64,000 nucleotides of DNA from Bdellovibrionales bacterium. Lineage in GTDB: Bacteria > Bdellovibrionota > Bdellovibrionia > Bdellovibrionales > JAGQZY01. Both the position numbers and the translations under genes were made by a program. Location: positions 1-64,000 of the forward strand of contig CAXRHT010000003.1 of the NCBI GenBank assembly GCA_964230645.1, given 5' to 3'. How positions within the stretch are numbered: position 1 is the stretch's first letter; the number at the start of each line of letters is the position of its first letter. Shown piece after piece: positions 58,469 to 64,000 of this stretch. The notes under the pieces were generated by a model, which was not told the DNA's origin, did not search any database, and saw only the letters and a program-made list of their open reading frames with translations.

Positions 58469-60232
58469 TTAAACTTGGGTTTGCGAGAAATTCACTCGTT
58501 TCGCCCGATTTCTTCGAATAAAAATCAATACAATAACCGCTGCGAGAATTAATAGCGCTCCGATTCCTGCCATGATTGTCGAATCATCGCTAAAGGCCGC
58601 TAGTGGATCATCACTGCTTCCCGGCGGATTAATATCCACTTGTTTAGGGGGAGCTGGTTTATTAAAATCTGCTTTTGGAGCCGGTGGAGGTGGAGGAGGT
58701 GGCGCCACTGGTTTAGGTGGTGGCGGAGTTTCCGTGGTACCTGCCACTGGTGGTGGCTCCATGTCCTCACTCATTCCATCATCAAAGGCCTGTGGATCAT
58801 CCAATTGGGCCATTTCATCGGATTCATTCATTGCCATATCTTCGTTGTTGTTGAGATCTGGCATTTCAGGCTCATTCATTGCCATATCCGATGGCGGTGG
58901 TGGAGGTTCTTCAGAAGGCATGGGTTCTGGCTCAGCTGTTGGCTCTGGCATCGGTGGCGCCGCGGCTGGCTCTTCCATAGCTGGCGGATCATTAACAGGA
59001 TCGTTCATCGCCACGGTCGTGGGAACACTTGCACCCTCTGGCCAGTAGCGCAGACGAACACCTGCGGGTAGTGTCCATTTCGATTGGACATCTTCATTAG
59101 TCGCCCAAATCTCCATCCAGCTTCTTTCATGCCCCAGAAGAGACTCTGACACTTTCCGAATATTATCACCCTCATCACTTGTGTAATACTGTGGAGCAAT
59201 ACTGTTATCTTCATAATAGGTGACCATTCTCTGATCGGTTGGGTTAATGGGAGATTCATAATAAACTTTATCGCCTACTTTTAACGACTTCCCACGAAAG
59301 TGAGAATTGTAAGAGTAAAGATCCTCAGATCGTGAAGAATCACCATATATTTTTTGTGCGATGGAATCCATATCGTCACCAGCGCGCACGACATAGAGTC
59401 TGTTTACATTACCACCAGCTCTTGTATAAGCGGCCGGCTTCATTTTCTTTACAGGAACGTAACTTTTCTCTTCTACACCGTTATCAAAAGAGTCATATCC
59501 CGTTCCAGCATCGGCAAAACTAGAGTCTTCGTACGTTGGGGTATCAACAACAGGCTCCATGTCCTGTCCTTGAGAAAAGAGATCCGTATCTTGATTGCCA
59601 GACATTGTATCTGCAGGAATTCCGCCTTCATCCACAAAAAGTGAATCGTCAACGGGTTGAGACTCAAAGGAGTTTGTATCGGCTGCTCCAAAACTGTTGT
59701 CGTCTATATAATCTTCTGAAAAGTCATTTCCAGCACTTTCCCCTAATTGAGCATAGTCATCGTCAGGGTACTCATCACCGAAATTATCTTCGACTTCAAT
59801 ATCTTCTCCAGCAAGATCGTCAAATCCAGCTTCGCCTTCACCTTTGGCCATTCCTTCAGCGTCAAAGTCGAGGTCTCCGCCAAATTGATCGTCAGCGAAT
59901 TCATCGCCTCCACCACTAGCAAATTCGTCACCACCAAGGTCATCACCAAACTCATCGCCGAAGTCGTCACCGCCCGCGGCAAATTCGTCGCCACCACCGA
60001 GATCGTCGCCAAGGCTCTCGCCTCCTAGGTCATCACCACCGAGTTCGCCACCACTTTCAAAGTCATCACTAGCAAACTCATCATCGGAAAAGTCACCCAT
60101 CCCCGCTGGCATGCCCTCTTCGGCCACCGTCGCGGTTTCTTGCTCATCTTCATCCGATGAAAATAAACTACACCCTGTTATATTTAAGGAAAAAAAGAGT
60201 GCGAGAATAATTAATAGAATTGAATTTCTCAT
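58469..60232 (-). CDS. LysM-domain lipoprotein with acidic N-region, Pro-rich linker and C-terminal TM helix
   Basis: Lipobox ITGC, a D/E/G/F-rich repeat region, two LysM-like units (YVVRAGDDMDSIAQKIYG; YTSDEGDNIRKVSESLLG), Pro-rich tracts, and a TM followed by RRNRAKR. Confidence 0.8.
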   Translation of the reverse strand: MRNSILLIILALFFSLNITGCSLFSSDEDEQETATVAEEGMPAGMGDFSDDEFASDDFESGGELGGDDLGGESLGDDLGGGDEFAAGGDDFGDEFGDDLGGDEFASGGGDEFADDQFGGDLDFDAEGMAKGEGEAGFDDLAGEDIEVEDNFGDEYPDDDYAQLGESAGNDFSEDYIDDNSFGAADTNSFESQPVDDSLFVDEGGIPADTMSGNQDTDLFSQGQDMEPVVDTPTYEDSSFADAGTGYDSFDNGVEEKSYVPVKKMKPAAYTRAGGNVNRLYVVRAGDDMDSIAQKIYGDSSRSEDLYSYNSHFRGKSLKVGDKVYYESPINPTDQRMVTYYEDNSIAPQYYTSDEGDNIRKVSESLLGHERSWMEIWATNEDVQSKWTLPAGVRLRYWPEGASVPTTVAMNDPVNDPPAMEEPAAAPPMPEPTAEPEPMPSEEPPPPPSDMAMNEPEMPDLNNNEDMAMNESDEMAQLDDPQAFDDGMSEDMEPPPVAGTTETPPPPKPVAPPPPPPPAPKADFNKPAPPKQVDINPPGSSDDPLAAFSDDSTIMAGIGALLILAAVIVLIFIRRNRAKRVNFSQTQV

Positions 60233-60404
60233 AGCTGTATTCCTCAGTTCTTTCTATTGTCATCCTGACTTCTCTATTAGAGCACAAGTGACCCTTATGG
60301 GAAATCTAAGGTCTAGAAATCACGACCCTATTTTCCGTTTTCAGACTTGGGTCTAGGAAAAATTGGCCTATTTTTTTAAGGTTTTCGATGAAAGTCTTGG
60401 GAAT

Positions 60405-60845
60405 CTAATCTTTCATTGGCATGAGTTTTATTTTCTCGCCGACTTTTACCTTATTTTTTTTGAACCAGCCTTGATTGACCTCTAAGGCATACTGGCAATC
60501 GCAACGGCTTGGATAATGCTGTAGGTTCTGACTTCGCTCTAGTAGACTTTGTTCTTTCATTTTATGGATTTCTTTAATCACTTTATTTTCATCTAAATAA
60601 GCAATGCTCAGAGGAATATAAGTGTTTTTCATCCAAAAACTCAACTTACGAGGAGAGTTGAATACAAAAAACATGCCGTGGTTCTCAGGCATTTCAGTTC
60701 TGTCCATAAGACCTTTGTTACGACTGGTAAAGTCATCGGCTACTTCAACGACAAGCTCCGCTCCATTTTTAAATTTTATTTTTTTCTTTTCTAGAGCTTC
60801 AGCTCCCCACAATAAACTTGCTATCAATATTAATTGGAAAATCAT
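60405..60845 (-). CDS. DUF192 family protein
   Basis: VEVADD...R.KGLM.R, GMFFVF, FWMKNTYIPLSIA and YALEVNQG. Confidence 0.9.
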   Translation of the reverse strand: MIFQLILIASLLWGAEALEKKKIKFKNGAELVVEVADDFTSRNKGLMDRTEMPENHGMFFVFNSPRKLSFWMKNTYIPLSIAYLDENKVIKEIHKMKEQSLLERSQNLQHYPSRCDCQYALEVNQGWFKKNKVKVGEKIKLMPMKD

Positions 60846-62272
60846 TTCAGTTTGTCCTTTAAAATTTTGTTAACAACCTGAGGGCTGGCCTGCCCTTTTG
60901 TCGCCTTCATAACTTGTCCAACAAAAAAGCCAAACAACTTCTCTTTTCCGCTTTTGTACTCTTCTACTTTTTCTTTATTTTGACCTATTATGGTATCGAT
61001 CTGGGCTTCTATCTCACTTTCATCTGAAATTAAGGAAAGTCCTCGGTCTGCTACAATCTCTTTTGGTTTTTTGCCACTGTTCCACATTTCTTCTAAAACT
61101 TCCTTAGCCATTTTACCGGAAAGTTCTTTTGATTGAATCATTGATAACAGATCGGCAAAATCCCCTCTCTCAACGGGCATATCTTTCCAATTCTCAATGT
61201 CACCCTCGTTGAAAAGACGCAAGAGTTCACTGGCCATCCAGTTAGAAACCAATTTGGGGTCGGAAACTTTAGTGTTTACGTCTTCAAAAATCTCAGCCAT
61301 CTCTTTTTCCGAAGTCAGCAGGATCGACTCGTCTAGGTTTAAACCGAATTCCTTTTGAAAACGTTCCATTTTTTCTGTAGGGCCTTCGGGGAGAGATTTT
61401 GTTAAATTCTCAATTCTCGATTCATCAAGGCGCAGAGCCATCAAGTCGGGTTCCGGAAAGTATCGATAATCATTGGCTTCTTCTTTTTTTCTCATCGAAA
61501 AGGTCTTATTTTTAACGGAATCATACAACCTTGTTTCCTGTACGATTTTCTCGCCTGTTTCCTTACATTGAATCTGCCTTTGGATCTCATACTCGATGGC
61601 TTTTTCAATAAAACGAAACGAGTTAATATTTTTTAGTTCCACTTTTGTTCCTAAAGTCTCATCCCCTTTAGGTCGTACACTCACATTGCAATCACAGCGC
61701 AGACTCCCCTCTTCTAAATTGCCATCACAAACTTCGGCGTACCTTAAAATTTGGCGCACCGTACGAGCGTAAGCCGCAGCCATCGAGGCGCTAGTGATCT
61801 CTGGTTTGGAGACAATCTCTAAAAGTGGAGTGCCAGCTCGATTGAGATTTATTAAAGAGTACTCTCCGAAATGGGTAGACTTTCCAGCGTCCTCTTCCAT
61901 ATGGGCTCGCTCCAACGGGACGCGCACTTTTTCACCCTCCAAATAGAAATCAACAAAGCCTCCCTTGGCAATGGGTCGATCGTACTGGGTGATTTGATAG
62001 CCCTTTGGCATATCAGGATAAAAATACTGTTTACGAGAAAACAGGGAGTCTTCTTGAATCTCACAATTTAAAGCTTTCGCAGTTTTAATGGCCACATTGA
62101 CGGCTTCGTCATTTAGAACAGGGAGAGTTCCAGGAAGGCCTGCGCAAACCAAGGTCACATGGTTATTGTGTCCCTTACCAAATTCCGTAGAGGCGCTAGA
62201 AAAACATTTCGATTGGGTGGTTAATTGAGCATGAATTTCCAATCCAATATTCACCTCGTAGTTCCCGTTCAT
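60842..62272 (-). CDS. gatB: Asp/Glu-tRNA amidotransferase subunit B
   Basis: IGLEIHAQL, YFYPDMPKGYQITQ, HMEEDAGK, EGSLRCDCNVS and DYRYFPEPDL. Confidence 0.98.
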   Translation of the reverse strand: MNGNYEVNIGLEIHAQLTTQSKCFSSASTEFGKGHNNHVTLVCAGLPGTLPVLNDEAVNVAIKTAKALNCEIQEDSLFSRKQYFYPDMPKGYQITQYDRPIAKGGFVDFYLEGEKVRVPLERAHMEEDAGKSTHFGEYSLINLNRAGTPLLEIVSKPEITSASMAAAYARTVRQILRYAEVCDGNLEEGSLRCDCNVSVRPKGDETLGTKVELKNINSFRFIEKAIEYEIQRQIQCKETGEKIVQETRLYDSVKNKTFSMRKKEEANDYRYFPEPDLMALRLDESRIENLTKSLPEGPTEKMERFQKEFGLNLDESILLTSEKEMAEIFEDVNTKVSDPKLVSNWMASELLRLFNEGDIENWKDMPVERGDFADLLSMIQSKELSGKMAKEVLEEMWNSGKKPKEIVADRGLSLISDESEIEAQIDTIIGQNKEKVEEYKSGKEKLFGFFVGQVMKATKGQASPQVVNKILKDKLK

Positions 62273-63702
62273 TGGTCCTCCAATAATTTTTCAACACTTG
62301 CCGCGAATTCAATCATTTTTGAATCTTCAAAAGCCGGAGAAATTATTTGTAGACCAATGGGGAGATTTGAATCGTCATGTCCAAGAGGTAAGCTCATACA
62401 AGGTAAGCCGGCTAAACTTGAGGGAACGGTTAACAGATCATTTTTATACATCTCGATAGGGTCTTTACATTTCTCGTTTATTTTGAACGCCGTGTGAGTG
62501 GTGACTGGTCCAATAATATGGTCACATTTTTTAAAAGCCTCTTGGAAATCCTGTGCGATCAGACGCCTTACTTGGCAGGCCTTTATATAATACTGATCAT
62601 AGTAACCCGCTGATAAAGAAAAAGTTCCCAGTAAAATACGACGTTTAACTTCTTCACCAAATCCGCGCGTTCGGGTGAGTTTATAAAACTCACTCAACTC
62701 GTTCACATTTTGACCGTCTTCTCTTTGGATGTCTCGCAAGCCATAGCGAACTCCGTCGTAACGGGAAAGGTTACTTGAAGCCTCGCTCGCTGCCACCAAA
62801 TAATAAACCGGTATGGCGTACTCGGTATGGGGAATTTTAACTTCAACAACCTCCCAGCCTTTTTCTTCGATTTTCTTTATCAGTTGATTAAGTTGGTCGG
62901 AAGTTTCTTTTTGTAGGCCGGAGTCAAAGTACTCTTTGATTATACCAACGCGATATTTTTTATTGGATTGAAAGTCAGGAGTCTCAAAAGAAAAGGAGAC
63001 ATTGGTGGCATCTTGTGGATCTTTTCCGATCATTGCCTGCAGACCAATAGAAGCCTCTTTAACCGTGCGAGCCATCGTTCCCGCTTGGTCCAGCGAGGAT
63101 GCAAAAGCAATCATTCCGAACCGACTTATTGCTCCGTAAGTGGGTTTAATTCCAGTGACTCCACAAAAACTGGCAGGCTGACGAATAGACCCACCTGTGT
63201 CAGACCCAATGGCAAGGGGGGCCATTTTTTGGGCCACAGCGGCCGCTGAACCCCCACTGGAACCTCCGGGGACGCGAGTATGATCAATGGGATTTTTACA
63301 CAATCCGTAGGCCGAGTTTTCGTTTGATGACCCCATGGCAAATTCGTCCATATTACTTTGAGCCACTATGATCGCTCCCTCTTGCTCAAGGCGATCAATG
63401 CAAAATGCGGTGTAGGGAGATACGAAATTTCTCAGTATTTTTGAACAGGCGGTTGTCTCAAGACCCTTAATACAGAAATTGTCTTTGACTATGACCGGCA
63501 CCCCTAAGAGAGAACCTTTGGTAAGTTTTCCTTCGTCAATCCTGCGAGCCCTTTGGATCGATTGCTCGTTGATTCTAACAAGAGCATTTGTCTTCGGGTT
63601 CTCTTTTTGGCAGTGGTCTAGAAAGGTTTTACAAACCTCCTCGGCTGAAAACTCTTTCTTTTCCACACCCTCTTTAATTTGTTCGACACTTAGATCTATC
63701 AT
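62269..63702 (-). CDS. gatA: Asp/Glu-tRNA amidotransferase subunit A
   Basis: Amidase signature NMDEFAMGSS, PGGSSGGSAAAVA, GSDTGGSIRQPA, plus SSNLSRYDG. Confidence 0.98.
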   Translation of the reverse strand: MIDLSVEQIKEGVEKKEFSAEEVCKTFLDHCQKENPKTNALVRINEQSIQRARRIDEGKLTKGSLLGVPVIVKDNFCIKGLETTACSKILRNFVSPYTAFCIDRLEQEGAIIVAQSNMDEFAMGSSNENSAYGLCKNPIDHTRVPGGSSGGSAAAVAQKMAPLAIGSDTGGSIRQPASFCGVTGIKPTYGAISRFGMIAFASSLDQAGTMARTVKEASIGLQAMIGKDPQDATNVSFSFETPDFQSNKKYRVGIIKEYFDSGLQKETSDQLNQLIKKIEEKGWEVVEVKIPHTEYAIPVYYLVAASEASSNLSRYDGVRYGLRDIQREDGQNVNELSEFYKLTRTRGFGEEVKRRILLGTFSLSAGYYDQYYIKACQVRRLIAQDFQEAFKKCDHIIGPVTTHTAFKINEKCKDPIEMYKNDLLTVPSSLAGLPCMSLPLGHDDSNLPIGLQIISPAFEDSKMIEFAASVEKLLEDQ

Positions 63703-63705
63703 TTT

Positions 63706-63987
63706 TTAAACCACCGGCGGAACTTTGTAGAGGGAATCTTTGACCTCTGGAGCTAGCGCCATCAAGTCTTCCCTATCAATATCATTATTGACCTCGTCAG
63801 GTCGCAATTCTGGATAGATTCCATGAGGAGTGATCATTGGTTCCACCCCTTTAACGTCAACACGATCCAGACTATTGAAAAACTTTAAGATTTGATCGAA
63901 AGATTTTTGGTAGTTGTCTTGATCTCCATTCTCAAATGTTAAGCAAGCCAGATCCGCTATTTCTTCGATATTATTTTTTTCGTCCAT
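63706..63987 (-). CDS. gatC: Asp/Glu-tRNA amidotransferase subunit C
   Basis: IADLACL...L..VDV.GVEP...LRPD...AP...YKVPPV; upstream of gatA. Confidence 0.92.
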   Translation of the reverse strand: MDEKNNIEEIADLACLTFENGDQDNYQKSFDQILKFFNSLDRVDVKGVEPMITPHGIYPELRPDEVNNDIDREDLMALAPEVKDSLYKVPPVV

Positions 63988-64000
63988 AAATCTCCCGAAA

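Noticed and set aside
59880..60010. Literal GGDEF strings in the LysM lipoprotein
   Set aside because: They lie in a low-complexity Gly/Asp-rich repeat of an exported protein, with no diguanylate cyclase domain context.
57338..60356. Many short alternative-frame and antisense ORFs over rho and the LysM gene (and similar shadow ORFs across the window)
   Set aside because: They are by-products of low-complexity or strongly biased coding sequence inside well-supported genes.

Overview
The right end (47.7-64 kb) is core genome, almost all on the minus strand: gatC-gatA-gatB, a DUF192 gene, a LysM lipoprotein, a PilZ gene (plus strand), rho, rpmE-prfA-prmC-murA, a GYF/TPR protein, serS and tRNA-Ser(TGA). 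A small core patch at 21-22.5 kb holds tRNA-Ser(GCT), gmhA, tRNA-Arg(ACG) and tRNA-Asn(GTT). The protein repertoire suggests a Bdellovibrionota-like bacterium (inference only). Two large accessory regions abut tRNA 3' ends. The standout is a ~23 kb block (24.9-47.6 kb) encoding 13 radical SAM enzymes with auxiliary twitch/SPASM-type Cys motifs, in at least four subfamilies. They are interleaved with a glycosyltransferase-like/methyltransferase-like pair, an HTTM (SdpAB-like) pair, a 2OG-Fe(II)-oxygenase-like gene and a Cys-rich nitroreductase-fold protein. I found no precursor peptide, PKS/NRPS, integrase or phage structural gene. The left region (1-20.8 kb) has a paralogue of that nitroreductase, a purine/polyamine enzyme set (nucleoside hydrolase, IMPDH/GMPR, PP-loop, GNAT, homospermidine-synthase-like), an UnbV/UnbU-like pair, two more radical SAMs (15 in the window), a GT-C glycosyltransferase, and an exported ASPIC-UnbV / copper-monooxygenase-like / Trp-LRR operon. 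A DnaA-box cluster lies between rho and rpmE. All calls come from reading motifs by eye; no database searches were run.
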